From assembly GCA_963705505.1 (NCBI GenBank), contig CAVPJU010000008.1:31407-95406 (forward strand): 64,000 bases of DNA, read 5' to 3'. The position numbers and the translations under genes were made by a program. The DNA is from an uncultured bacterium (GTDB lineage Bacteria; Desulfobacterota_D; UBA1144; Nemesobacterales; UBA2774). The notes below the pieces were generated by a model. That model made no database searches. It saw only the letters and a list, made by a program, of their open reading frames with translations, and was not told the origin of the DNA. Shown piece after piece: positions 30,726 through 40,592 of this stretch; within the stretch, counting starts at the first letter, position 1; each line of letters opens with the position of its first letter.

Positions 30726-30776
30726 TGCATCTATGATTCCAATGTATCTATAATTCCAATGCATTTATAATTCCAA
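30726..30776. repeat. Three 17-bp direct repeats upstream of thaumatin-like gene
   Basis: TGCATCTATGATTCCAA / TGTATCTATAATTCCAA / TGCATTTATAATTCCAA. Confidence 0.85.
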
Positions 30777-31005
30777 CACTCTATTACGGCTAAAAATACA
30801 GCCGGAAGGCATTTAGCACAATATATAAAATATTAAATATTGTCAGACTATATGATTAGTAAAAAAGCTTGTAAAACACTGCTCCCGTCACGGACGCCGA
30901 CGTATGCCGATCCCGGCAAAAGAAGGAGACACACACAATCCTTGAAAAGATATTCAAACATGAGATAATCTGAATTACGGTAGAACTTTTCAGGAGGCTG
31001 ATGAT

Positions 31006-31443
31006 ATGAAATTAACGAGCCCCGATTTTGAAAACGAAGGCATGATACCGTCGGACCTGACGTGCGACGGCAGGGACGTATCACCCGAGCTTCTGATAAC
31101 GGGAGTCCCGGAAGGGACGAAATCCCTCGCGCTCATAATGGACGACCCCGACGCCCCGAGAGGGACTTTCGTTCACTGGGTCGTATGGAACATACCGGAT
31201 GATACGAAAAGGATAGAGCGCGGGAAGGAGCCGAAAGGCAATCAGGGCACGACAGGCTTCGGAGGGAGAGGATACGGAGGGCCCTGCCCCCCGTCGGGCA
31301 CGCACAGGTATTTTTTCAAGCTCTACGCGCTCGATGACGAGCTTCACCTGAAAGAAGGAGCAAGAAAAGAAGCGCTCGAGGAAGCAATGGACGCGCATAT
31401 AATCGAAAAAACCGAGCTAATGGGGAAGTACCGGAGGAAGTAA
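31006..31443 (+). CDS. YbhB/YbcL (PEBP) family protein
   Basis: DDPDAP..FVHW, YGGPCPP, HRYFF. Confidence 0.95.
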   Translation: MKLTSPDFENEGMIPSDLTCDGRDVSPELLITGVPEGTKSLALIMDDPDAPRGTFVHWVVWNIPDDTKRIERGKEPKGNQGTTGFGGRGYGGPCPPSGTHRYFFKLYALDDELHLKEGARKEALEEAMDAHIIEKTELMGKYRRK

Positions 31444-31529
31444 GGCAATAAACACTTCAAATTATCGCACAAGAAATCTCATTAATCGTCGTTACGAGGA
31501 ACGGTTCTCGCGATGACAGAAAAGTACCT

Positions 31530-31555
31530 GTCATTCCCGAGAAATCGGGAATCCA
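31530..31555 (+). repeat. GTCA-tagged REP
   Basis: GTCATTCCCGAGAAATCGGGAATCCA, preceded by degenerate ..CTCGCGATGAC (to 31517). Confidence 0.85.
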
Positions 31556-31638
31556 TTTCTTTTATTCGTCATTTCCTTTGATGTTTTTAATGAGGAGCTA
31601 AAACTTGCGGGTAAAGCAAAAAGCATGGAGGATGAAAA

Positions 31639-32214
31639 CTACATCACGGCGTATCTCTTCTCTTCTTTCCCGAGCGCCTTCTCTATCTTGCGCTTGAGGA
31701 GCTCGCGTTTAAGTCGCGAGAGCCTGTCGATGAATAGAATTCCGTCCATGTGGTCTATCTCGTGCTGGAATACCCGCGCAAGGAGGTCCTGGGCTTCTAT
31801 CTCCATTAATCTGCCTTCCCTGTTGTAAGCCTCGATCGTTACCTTCTGCTTCCTCTTTACCTCGCTCACGAACCCCGGGATGCTCAGGCAGGCTTCCTCG
31901 CCGGTAACCTCGCCTTCCGAGGAGACTATCTCCGGGTTTATCAGCTCGATGAGCCCAGGCCCATCGTATTCTATTTTCTCTCCCTCGTCCTCGTCTTCAT
32001 CATCCCCGTCCGTTTTCCTCGGGCTTACATCGATGACGACTATCCTTTTATCCACGCCGATTTGAGAAGCCGCGAGTCCCACCCCGCGTGCGTCGTACAT
32101 GGTCTCCACCATATCGTCGAGCAGCTTCAGCACTTCTCCGTCGATCTCCTCGACAGGAGCGCATTTTTTTCTTAAATACGGGTCTGGATATAAAAGTATT
32201 TTCCGTAACGCCAT
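31639..32214 (-). CDS. def: Peptide deformylase
   Basis: GVGLAASQ, EACLS, QHEIDH; start likely MALRK at 32214. Confidence 0.96.
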   Translation of the reverse strand: MALRKILLYPDPYLRKKCAPVEEIDGEVLKLLDDMVETMYDARGVGLAASQIGVDKRIVVIDVSPRKTDGDDEDEDEGEKIEYDGPGLIELINPEIVSSEGEVTGEEACLSIPGFVSEVKRKQKVTIEAYNREGRLMEIEAQDLLARVFQHEIDHMDGILFIDRLSRLKRELLKRKIEKALGKEEKRYAVM

Positions 32215-32345
32215 AAAAAAAAGGCTATCGGATACGACTGGATTGTCAATGTATTCCGGATAGGTAAGCACGGCTCACGGGCGAAAATCCGCGCCCGGCT
32301 GTAAGAAACGTTAAGCCCGCCTAATACGGCTCGAACGGATTAAAG

Positions 32346-32630
32346 CTATTCGCTTCCGCCGTTCAGTTTGGTGATAAGTTCCCTGCTCGGCCTGAAATGA
32401 GGCAGCTTCTTCTGAGATACCGTGACCTTCGAGCCGGTCCTCGGGTTTCTGCCTTCATAGGACCCGTAGCTCTTGGTAAAGAAGCTTCCGAAGCCTCTGA
32501 TCTCGATCCTGCCGCCGCCCTCGAGCACCTGAGTCATATGCTCAATTATGGTATCGAGTATCTGCTCCGATTGCGAAGGTTGAAGATTAAATCTGTCTGC
32601 CAACTCCTTTTCTATATCTGAACGCTTCAT
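32346..32630 (-). CDS. ihfB: Integration host factor beta / HU family
   Basis: RIEIRGFGSF, GRNPRTG, PHFRPSREL. Confidence 0.85.
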   Translation of the reverse strand: MKRSDIEKELADRFNLQPSQSEQILDTIIEHMTQVLEGGGRIEIRGFGSFFTKSYGSYEGRNPRTGSKVTVSQKKLPHFRPSRELITKLNGGSE

Positions 32631-32798
32631 AGCTCGACTCCCAACCATTTTAGTCCACCGTAACGCCCGCCCCGCACCTACACTTCCAATTTAGATAATT
32701 CTCAAGTGTTTGTCAAGTGTTAGATTGATTCGGAATTAAATATTTTTCCGCGCCTTAAATGCGGCATTACACTCAGGCCGGCCTTGTTTTCTCTTGAA

Positions 32799-34217
32799 TT
32801 AAGCCTTTATCTTCTTTTTTGCGCCGCCCGCAGCCCTCGCTTCCCTGCCGCCGGCTTTTTGCCCCGCGCGCCCGCGCGCCTCCTGGTGGTGGCTCAGGAA
32901 CTTATTCAGGTGCATGTCCGAGTACGAGCCCTTGGGATAGTACTTGTCGTAGAACTCGACGTCTATGTTCATCGCCTGGAATACGAGCCTCATATACATC
33001 GGATCGACGAATGCGGGGAACCTTCCGTACGTGTCGTATATATAATTCGCGACGTCTTTCACGATCTGTATCGTGTTCTCGGTAGGCTTCGGCGCCCTCA
33101 TAAGGTGCTTGTCGGGTTCTGTATAAGGGAAGGGTTTTTCGGGCTTCCACGCTTCGCTCTTGTGATGGTGAAACGCATCGATCGCCTCGTCCATGTTTTT
33201 ATAATAAGGCGGGCAGTAGGATTCGAATACACCGTCCTTTCCGACGGGGACGGTAGGCGGGGGGTCTATAACCCCTTTCTTCGGCTGTATGAACCTGAAA
33301 CCGAGCCCCTTAAAGAGATGGGGCGCCGCGCCCATCGCGAACCTTGGTATGAACCCGCTGAACGTCCAGCCGGCAAGGCCCAGCGCCTGGAGCGCAAGGC
33401 TCATGTTCTGGCATATAAACGCCTGCTCCACGTTGAGCCCCGTGAGTATCCTCACCTCGAGGTCAAAGAGCGACATCTTCACGCTGTCCTTGAGCCTCCC
33501 CTTCGCTATCCACTTCTCGACGCCCGCGGGCTTCCCCGTGAGGTCGTCTATGATCGTGAACCCGTAGGTGTAGCTGCAGTAGAGGTGAAGGAGGTTGAGG
33601 TACTCCTCCGTTACGTCCGTAACGGGGATGAAGACGGACGTCCCCGGCTTGTTAGTATTCCACTCGTTGAATTCGAAGAGGCCCGGCATGCGGTCGGGGA
33701 GGTCGGCCCTCCCGTCCTCGAGCTTTACGAGGCTCTCGCGGTATAGCTCGAGAATCCTCTCGATCCTCTCGTTGCGGCTCATGCGGAAGAACATGTCGAG
33801 CTCGTGGTTCTTGGGCAGCATGTGCTTTACGTTCACATGGTAAAGCCCCTTGTCGTTTGTGAAAAAAAGCTCAGTCCCGTGGTTGTTGCACGCCGAAGGC
33901 CACGTGCGTCCCGTCCACTGGCAGAGGAGGTCTATCCCCGTTTCGGGAGGCAGGTCGGCGAGGCAGAGACCGGTGAGACCCGTCCCCGCCCATACTAAAA
34001 GCGCCTCTTCCATCTCCTCGAGCGGTATCGGTTCGTGGCGGGATTCGAACCCGAGAGTCGTGTCCACGAGCTTCATACCGAGGCCGAATCTACGGGAGCG
34101 CCTGTTGAATATAGAGTCGAATAGCGGGTAGTTAAGCGCCTGCTCGTACCTTTTGCTTAGAACGAATTTCCCGTTCCCCTTCCCGTTTTCGCCCTTATTT
34201 CTGCCGACCTTAGCCAT
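32799..34217 (-). CDS. Hypothetical protein with nitroreductase/SagB-like motifs
   Basis: GGAGG RBS before ATG 34217; RRSRRF, GRTWPSA..GTELF, EQAFICQNMSLALQALGLAG. Confidence 0.65.
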   Translation of the reverse strand: MAKVGRNKGENGKGNGKFVLSKRYEQALNYPLFDSIFNRRSRRFGLGMKLVDTTLGFESRHEPIPLEEMEEALLVWAGTGLTGLCLADLPPETGIDLLCQWTGRTWPSACNNHGTELFFTNDKGLYHVNVKHMLPKNHELDMFFRMSRNERIERILELYRESLVKLEDGRADLPDRMPGLFEFNEWNTNKPGTSVFIPVTDVTEEYLNLLHLYCSYTYGFTIIDDLTGKPAGVEKWIAKGRLKDSVKMSLFDLEVRILTGLNVEQAFICQNMSLALQALGLAGWTFSGFIPRFAMGAAPHLFKGLGFRFIQPKKGVIDPPPTVPVGKDGVFESYCPPYYKNMDEAIDAFHHHKSEAWKPEKPFPYTEPDKHLMRAPKPTENTIQIVKDVANYIYDTYGRFPAFVDPMYMRLVFQAMNIDVEFYDKYYPKGSYSDMHLNKFLSHHQEARGRAGQKAGGREARAAGGAKKKIKA

Positions 34218-34418
34218 AGTATTCCTCCGGATTAATAACAAAAAATTATAAGCGGTAAATCATCCCCCCAATTAGAAACTTTAAAATAACTTGACAGAAA
34301 ATGCAAGGTAGTAAGGAGCCCCGTGAGGCGACGTCCGTTTTAGACCGGGTCATGCGGGCATCCCTTTGTCAATCAGGCTGATTGCCCGATACGGACAAGA
34401 AGCGGAAGCTACGGCAAA

Positions 34419-35288
34419 TTATATGGATCTCCCCGTCAACAGCCGTTTCTCCGAAGGCGATTTCGACCCGCCGTCGGATTCTATCGTGACGATGAATTTT
34501 TCTATCTTTTCCGTCTTCCCGTATTTTTTTAACGAATCGACCTTCACGACACTGTTCCCTTCCTCGTCCACCTTGAAAACTCCGATGCTCTTGGGCACCC
34601 CTTCCACGACAACCCACCACTCGTAGGTCTTTCCGGGCGGCGCATCGGGAAGATGAAGACAGTAAAGGAGCGCGTCGTTCTCTTCTCTGTCCCAGAGCAC
34701 CCTGCCCGCGGCGTGTACTTCGGGCTTTGTAGTTTGGAGTTTTATAAGTACTATCTCCGGGTCCTTCATGAACTCCGTTACCTCTTTCAAGCTCGCGAGC
34801 TTGGCCTGGAGCCCTCCGACCATACCCTCCCTCTCCGCCAGCAGGTTCTTGAGCGACTTTATCTCCTCCTCCTGGCCCGAGACCTTCCCCTCGAGATTCC
34901 CCACAATGGCTTTCTCTTCCTTAAGCGTCCCCCTGAGCGATAAGTTGTTCATAAAAAGAAAGACGATCACCGCTGCCGCAATAGCACCGCTAAGACCGAA
35001 CCATATCGAGCCGAGCCCTTTGAACAGTCCGCCGCTCCCCGCGGGCTCGCGCCTGACCGCGGTCTTCCTCGCGTACTCCAGAATCTCGCGCCTGACTTCA
35101 GGCCCGGGCATGACCGCCCCCGCCGAATAAGGGAGCAGAGATGCCACCCTTTCGTATTCCCTCAAAAGCTCCCTCGCACGGGGCGTGTCCTCGCCTATCA
35201 GACGCTCCGCTTCCCTGAGCTCCTCCCCTTCCAGCACACCGAGCACATAGAGGGGAATCAATTCTTCCAGTCTCGAGTTATCAGTCAT
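34419..35288 (-). CDS. Anti-sigma-K factor RskA-like
   Basis: LIPLYVLGVL N-term, one TM, coiled coil, C-term GKTYEWW..GVF..VTIESDGGSKSPS. Confidence 0.88.
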   Translation of the reverse strand: MTDNSRLEELIPLYVLGVLEGEELREAERLIGEDTPRARELLREYERVASLLPYSAGAVMPGPEVRREILEYARKTAVRREPAGSGGLFKGLGSIWFGLSGAIAAAVIVFLFMNNLSLRGTLKEEKAIVGNLEGKVSGQEEEIKSLKNLLAEREGMVGGLQAKLASLKEVTEFMKDPEIVLIKLQTTKPEVHAAGRVLWDREENDALLYCLHLPDAPPGKTYEWWVVVEGVPKSIGVFKVDEEGNSVVKVDSLKKYGKTEKIEKFIVTIESDGGSKSPSEKRLLTGRSI

Positions 35289-35360
35289 ATATCTATCAAT
35301 TTTTAACGATTATCCAAGGCTTTACAAATAATATAAAACAAGCCGGCGTCCAATTAAATA

Positions 35361-35385
35361 TACGGATGTGAAAGAGTTTCGGTTT
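35361..35385 (-). promoter_or_regulatory. Putative ECF (SigK-type) promoter of anti-sigma gene
   Basis: AAACC-16 nt-CGTAT on minus strand; same spacing at 49672 and 55452. Confidence 0.6.
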
Positions 35386-35578
35386 AACCGGGCGTACGTA
35401 TATTATAACCGCTTAGAACCGCACGGGAGAACGTTGCCCGGCCCCGGCGACCCGTGAAAGCGAAGATAAAAACCGCACGGGAAAATATGCCAAATATGTT
35501 ATAGTCGTGTAACACAATTTTTTCAGATCGGGTTTATCCTTTATTAAGTCGTTTAATAATCAGGGACGCGGTGGACGG

Positions 35579-36163
35579 ATGACAATGCCTTCGGCTGATA
35601 CGACAGGCTTACCCGAAATCGAGCGGGAGCTGAGAGAGCTCCTGAGAAAAATCGCGCGCGGCTGCGAGTCGGCGTTCGGCAAGCTCTACGACAGGACAAT
35701 AGCCCAGGTCTACGGCCTCGCCCTTAAGATTCTGAGAAGCAAAACCGAAGCGGACGAAGTATCGGTCGATGTATTCAAGCAGATATGGGACAAGGCTTTC
35801 GATTACACGCCCGACCGCGGTACCCCTACAGCTTGGCTCATCATGCTCACGAGGAGCCGGGCGATCGACAGGCTGAGGTCGGATACGAAGAGGAGAAGCC
35901 TCCAGGACCCTCTGCACGACGACATCCCCTCCCCCGCCGACCCTCCGGATGAAAGCACCGAGACGAGAGAGAAACGCGCACTCATCGAAAGAGCCCTTTC
36001 CGAGCTCACCCCCAAGCAGCGGGAATCCATAGAGCTCGCATATTTTTACGGGCTTACGCAGACGGAGATATCGGACCGCATGAAAGAGCCCCTCGGCACT
36101 GTAAAGAGCTGGATGAGGGCGGGGATGGCGAGGCTCCGCGATATAATCGGCTCGGGATACTAA
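35579..36163 (+). CDS. ECF RNA polymerase sigma factor (SigK-like)
   Basis: AFGKLYD, AWLIMLTRSRAIDRLR, LAYFYGLTQTEI, PLGTVKSW. Confidence 0.92.
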   Translation: MTMPSADTTGLPEIERELRELLRKIARGCESAFGKLYDRTIAQVYGLALKILRSKTEADEVSVDVFKQIWDKAFDYTPDRGTPTAWLIMLTRSRAIDRLRSDTKRRSLQDPLHDDIPSPADPPDESTETREKRALIERALSELTPKQRESIELAYFYGLTQTEISDRMKEPLGTVKSWMRAGMARLRDIIGSGY

Positions 36164-36178
36164 CGAGTCGTCCCGGCC

Positions 36179-36529
36179 TCAAAGAGGCAGACCGAGCTTC
36201 CTCCCGAGAGCGGCATAGGCGAGATAAAAAACCACCATCACCACTGCAGACACGGCCATAGACAGCCAGAAATTGAAATTATGCCTAAGGAGCCAGGGGA
36301 GTATCAAAAAGAAAAGCAGAGTCGGCAGCACGAGCCAGAATATTGCGACGGAGAGGTCGGCGATGCGTCCCGCATCCTTCGTATCCGTATAGAGCCAGAC
36401 CATCGCAAGGAGAGAGGTCAGGGGGAGAGCCGCGAGCATAGCGGCGAAAGCCGTGTGCCTTTTGCCCAGCTCAGATACCCCGACGATTATTACCGCGGTT
36501 AAAATGGTCTTGATGACGATATATAACAT
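36179..36529 (-). CDS. DUF3147-like membrane protein
   Basis: VSELGKR..AALPLTSLLAMVWLY, FWLVLPTL. Confidence 0.75.
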   Translation of the reverse strand: MLYIVIKTILTAVIIVGVSELGKRHTAFAAMLAALPLTSLLAMVWLYTDTKDAGRIADLSVAIFWLVLPTLLFFLILPWLLRHNFNFWLSMAVSAVVMVVFYLAYAALGRKLGLPL

Positions 36530-36665
36530 CGCTGCACCTTCCCACCTTATATAATTGGTATTAAAATACTCCCAGTCCGCTATGCTTACAATGACCGGGA
36601 CTACGGGATTAAAAGAGCCGGAAACAGCCGGGCTCGATAACGCTTAACGCATCGGAGGTAGAGGC

Positions 36666-37631
36666 TTGAGAGTAATTTCTTACATTATTGGTGACAATCT
36701 GCTTCTTGAGGAAGAGACATCGGCGTTGGCTCTCTCCGATAGATTAAAAGACGGCAAGCCGAGATGGGTCGATATAGTAAGCCCGAACGACGACGAGCTC
36801 AGGAATCTCATCAAGCCTCTGGTCCTGGACGATACGATAATCGAGGAATTTATCCTGAAGGAGCGCAGCCTGCCCGTTGCGCATTCGGAAAACGAGCTCT
36901 ACTTCGAATTCCCGATTATAAGGGACATGGTTACGTTCGATCACGAATACATAGCATTCCTCTGCATGCCGTCTCTGCTCATTACGATCCACGACAATGA
37001 AATCGAGGTGCTGAACAAGCTGTCCCAGGACCTCTGCAAACACCTACACCTGCAAAGGGCTACGATAGCTTCACTCCTCTTCAACCTCACGGCCGAGCTC
37101 GTGGAAAAAAACTACTTCCTCTATATGGACCAGCGGGAAAAGATCACAAAGCTGAGCAACAAGGTTATGAAGGGACAGAACTCGATCGACGTCAGGACGA
37201 TCCTTCATTTAAAGAAGAATATAGGGCGCATAAACATCATGATCGAAGACCAGCTCTACTGTATAAACACCATACAGATATACGAAGGAGTGGCTTTCGA
37301 TATCGGCAAGCAGCGGAGAAACTTCGACAACCTCGAGGACGAGGTGCGTAACGGGTTCAGGTTCCTGAGCAGGTATGAGAACAGGCTCGAGGACATACAC
37401 AAGCACTATGAGCTCATGCTCCAGGAGAAGACCAACAACAGGCTCAAGGTGCTGACCATAGTGGCGGCGATATTCCTGCCCCTTAACCTCGTAGCCGGAA
37501 TCTACGGAATGAACTTTCAGTATATACCCACCCTCGATTGGGCTTTCGGATATCACGCCGCGCTTGGCTTAATGGTTTTAGTCGCCTTCTCAATGGTTTA
37601 CTACTTCTACCGCACCGGCTGGTTTAAGTGA
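36666..37631 (+). CDS. corA: CorA-family divalent cation transporter
   Basis: LTIVAAIFLPL..GIYGMNF, two C-terminal TM; GGAGG RBS + TTG. Confidence 0.9.
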   Translation: MRVISYIIGDNLLLEEETSALALSDRLKDGKPRWVDIVSPNDDELRNLIKPLVLDDTIIEEFILKERSLPVAHSENELYFEFPIIRDMVTFDHEYIAFLCMPSLLITIHDNEIEVLNKLSQDLCKHLHLQRATIASLLFNLTAELVEKNYFLYMDQREKITKLSNKVMKGQNSIDVRTILHLKKNIGRINIMIEDQLYCINTIQIYEGVAFDIGKQRRNFDNLEDEVRNGFRFLSRYENRLEDIHKHYELMLQEKTNNRLKVLTIVAAIFLPLNLVAGIYGMNFQYIPTLDWAFGYHAALGLMVLVAFSMVYYFYRTGWFK

Positions 37632-37675
37632 CGTGCTCAAACAGGGTAGAAATCTATCTCTTGCTTTTTCCTTCC

Positions 37676-37884
37676 CCGACATTACAGAATTTGCGTTAAA
37701 AAAATAGATTGTTAACGCGTATAAAAATGTTTTACGGGACGATTCCGAGCAAGCAAGGAATCGGACGCCATTCGCTAAGTGCAATAATGTCATGAGTCTT
37801 GTTTCGCTAAGCCTTAATACTAATTGGGGTGGAATTAAAACATTTTAGCGTTAACATGAGATTTTTAGCAAATTCTGTATAGTC
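37676..37884. mobile_element. MITE-like element (copy 2) with ~55-bp imperfect terminal inverted repeats
   Basis: GACATTACAGAATTTGC..TGTTAACGC..AAAATGTTTTA and TAAAACATTTT..GCGTTAACA..GCAAATTCTGTATAGTC. Confidence 0.7.
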
Positions 37885-37886
37885 TT

Positions 37887-38183
37887 GATTTTTGCTTCTT
37901 TGTATCAAGACAAAGAAGAAAGAAAATTTGCCTTTGCTTTTCCTTTTGCCTTAGTATTCCCATGTCGCTTCTCACGAAGAGTTATCTGCAAATATAATTT
38001 AGGTGCCCCCTCACCCTTCACCCTCTCCCCACTATGTGGGAGAGGGAAATTGATGTGCGGGCTCTTGCCTGACGTTGGTTCTGTGCATGACGGGAAGAAA
38101 AAGAAAAATCCACCCTAACCCTCCTTTACAAAGGAGGGAATTAAAAGATTAAAGACGAGATGCTGAAATAAATTCAGCATGAC
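37887..38183. repeat. REP mosaic
   Basis: CTTCTTTGTATCAAGACAAAGAAG; CCCCCTCACCCTTCACCCTCTCCCCACTATGTGGGAGAGGG 38006; ATCCACCCTAACCCTCCTTTACAAAGGAGGGAATT ~38108; AGATGCTGAAATAAATTCAGCATGAC 38158. Confidence 0.85.
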
Positions 38184-38324
38184 GGTGAAAGATCCCTGCG
38201 AAGGTGCAAAGTCCGTCATTTCAATATGCCCTTCCAAACAATCAAACCCCAATTCCCCAGAACCTGATGTAAAATATAAGTCAGCCTCAATAAAAATTCC
38301 TTAAAGAGAGCGTGAAGGAAGCGA

Positions 38325-40559
38325 ATGAATTTCGAGCGAATGTTCCTGTCAACAACCGTCCTGATCCCCCTCGCTCTCGTCATAGTCGTCACCATAGTCC
38401 TCACTTTCTTCCCGCTGGCAGGTGCGCTCGGCTTCGAGTTCTCAGCCGTTACGGGGTTCGTACTCTCGTTCATATCGGTATTCATATCGGCTGAGCTTAT
38501 AGGAAGCGACAATAAACTCCACTCGGCAGGCAAAAGGATTTCCGACAGGGTATCGTCCATACTCCTCATTAACTTCGTGTTCCTGGGCGTCGTCTATCTT
38601 ATCGGGCTCTTAAGCTCGCTCTTCAAAGGGGACTGCTTCATAAAGGAGGGAACGATTTTCTTCCTGCTCATTCCCGTCGTGAGCGTGTTCTTCTCCGCCT
38701 CCCTGGGACTCCTCGCCGGGTTCATCACGAAGAGACGGGGCTTCTTCGCGGGAGCGCTCATACTTATCGGGATATTCGTATATTCGCTGCTCAAGCTCTA
38801 CAGAGACCCCTCGCTCTTTGTTTACAACCCGCTCTTCGGGTTCTTCCCCGGCCCTATATACGACGAGGCAATCCCGGTCACGCTCACGCTCGTGACGTAC
38901 AGGGGGATAACCGCCCTCTGGGGATTCCTTTTTCTGATACTCCTGACCCTGGCAAACGGTTTTAGCTACAGGCGGGTCGGAGCCTGGGATTTCGTAAAGC
39001 TCCTCACCGTGGGAATTTCCCTCTTCGTCGCGTATTCCCACGAGCACGAGATCGGAATAAGCTACAGCCGCGAGTACATAACCGGGGAAATACTCCCCGC
39101 GTCGGTGGAAACGGACCATTTCATCATTTACTACGACCCCGCGTCGCCCGAGGCAAAGCATATCGCGCTCATAGCCGGAGACCACGAATGGAGGTACGCC
39201 GAGCTCAGCAAATTCCTTAAGACCGACTCTCACGAAAAGATACGCTCCTACATCTATCCCGATGAGGAGACGCGGAAAAGAGTGGTCGGGGCGGGCGAGA
39301 CGACGATCGCAAACCCGATTCACAAGGAGATACACCTCGTCTACGAAACCTTCCCCCAGCCGGTGCTCAAGCACGAGCTCACCCACGTAATGGCCGGGGA
39401 CTTCGGGACGGAGATTCTCAGGATGAGCCCCAAGGTCGGCCTCCTCGAAGGGCTCGCAGTGGCCGCTGACTGGAGCGGGGACAGCTACAACCCTCACCAG
39501 TGGTCAAAGGCCATAATCAGGAACGGCATGGCGCCCGACATGGAAGAGATAACGGGTTTCGGGTTCTGGTACGCGCCCCCGGGTCTGAGCTATACGCTCA
39601 TGGGCTCCTTCTCCAGATACCTTATAGACACGTACGGGATCGAGAAATTCAAGACCGTTTACAGGACGGGCGATTTTTCCGTATACGGAAAGAGCCTCCC
39701 GGAGCTCGTCGCCGACTGGAAAAAGTTCCTCGAAGGCGTGGACACGCCCGAAGAGGCATTTGCGATAGCGAAAGCCAGGTTCGGCGCGCCCAGCATTTTT
39801 ACAGCCGCGTGCCCGAGGAGGGTAGCCGCGCTCAAGGCCGAAGGTTTTAAATACTACGCCGGCGACGATTACTGGAGGGCGCGCGAGTCGTTCAGCAAGG
39901 CGCTCCTCTATGACGGGAGCGACCCAGTGCTACTTAACGGGCTTGCGTACTCGAATTATTACCAAGGGGACTACGATAAGGCCGCCCGCGTAGCGGACTC
40001 CGGAGCACAGCTCTCCCAGGTTGACAGGGCGGCTCTCGAAAACCTGAAGGGGAACGCGCTCTGGCAGTCGGGCAATAAGGAGCAGGCGGAGAATATCTTC
40101 CGGTCCGTTCGAATGAATCCCCTGCCCCAGGACCTCAAGAGGGAGATCGACATAAAGGTCTCCGCGATCGGGGAAGGGGACGGAGCGGGCGAGAGCATAC
40201 GCGAGTTCTTCTCCACGAGGGACAGGGCCATCCAGGCGGCCTCTCTCTCGGAGTCGATATTGAATTCCCCTGAGTACCCGCCGCCTTATTATCTGCTGGG
40301 CAGGCTGTTCTTCAACTCAGGCGAGTACGAAAGGGCGATACCTTATCTTTCCATGGCGGAATACCTCGGGCTTCCCTCGGACGAGATCACGGACGAGAAC
40401 CTCCGTATCCTCGGCATATCCCTCTTCGCCTCGGGAAGGTATGACGAAGCGGCGGGGATATTCACGCGTATCGCCTCCGGCGGCGACAGTGAAAAAAAGG
40501 AGTACGCCCTCGACTTCCTCGAAAGGATAGGGTGGGCCCGGACGAACCGTTTGAAGTAA
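38325..40559 (+). CDS. Multi-TM membrane protein with gluzincin-like metallopeptidase domain and TPRs
   Basis: About 7 N-terminal TM; HELTH followed by LLEGLA; C-terminal TPR-like repeats. Confidence 0.8.
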   Translation: MNFERMFLSTTVLIPLALVIVVTIVLTFFPLAGALGFEFSAVTGFVLSFISVFISAELIGSDNKLHSAGKRISDRVSSILLINFVFLGVVYLIGLLSSLFKGDCFIKEGTIFFLLIPVVSVFFSASLGLLAGFITKRRGFFAGALILIGIFVYSLLKLYRDPSLFVYNPLFGFFPGPIYDEAIPVTLTLVTYRGITALWGFLFLILLTLANGFSYRRVGAWDFVKLLTVGISLFVAYSHEHEIGISYSREYITGEILPASVETDHFIIYYDPASPEAKHIALIAGDHEWRYAELSKFLKTDSHEKIRSYIYPDEETRKRVVGAGETTIANPIHKEIHLVYETFPQPVLKHELTHVMAGDFGTEILRMSPKVGLLEGLAVAADWSGDSYNPHQWSKAIIRNGMAPDMEEITGFGFWYAPPGLSYTLMGSFSRYLIDTYGIEKFKTVYRTGDFSVYGKSLPELVADWKKFLEGVDTPEEAFAIAKARFGAPSIFTAACPRRVAALKAEGFKYYAGDDYWRARESFSKALLYDGSDPVLLNGLAYSNYYQGDYDKAARVADSGAQLSQVDRAALENLKGNALWQSGNKEQAENIFRSVRMNPLPQDLKREIDIKVSAIGEGDGAGESIREFFSTRDRAIQAASLSESILNSPEYPPPYYLLGRLFFNSGEYERAIPYLSMAEYLGLPSDEITDENLRILGISLFASGRYDEAAGIFTRIASGGDSEKKEYALDFLERIGWARTNRLK

Positions 40560-40592
40560 TCGTTTAATCCTATATAATCTTAGCTTCCGAAA

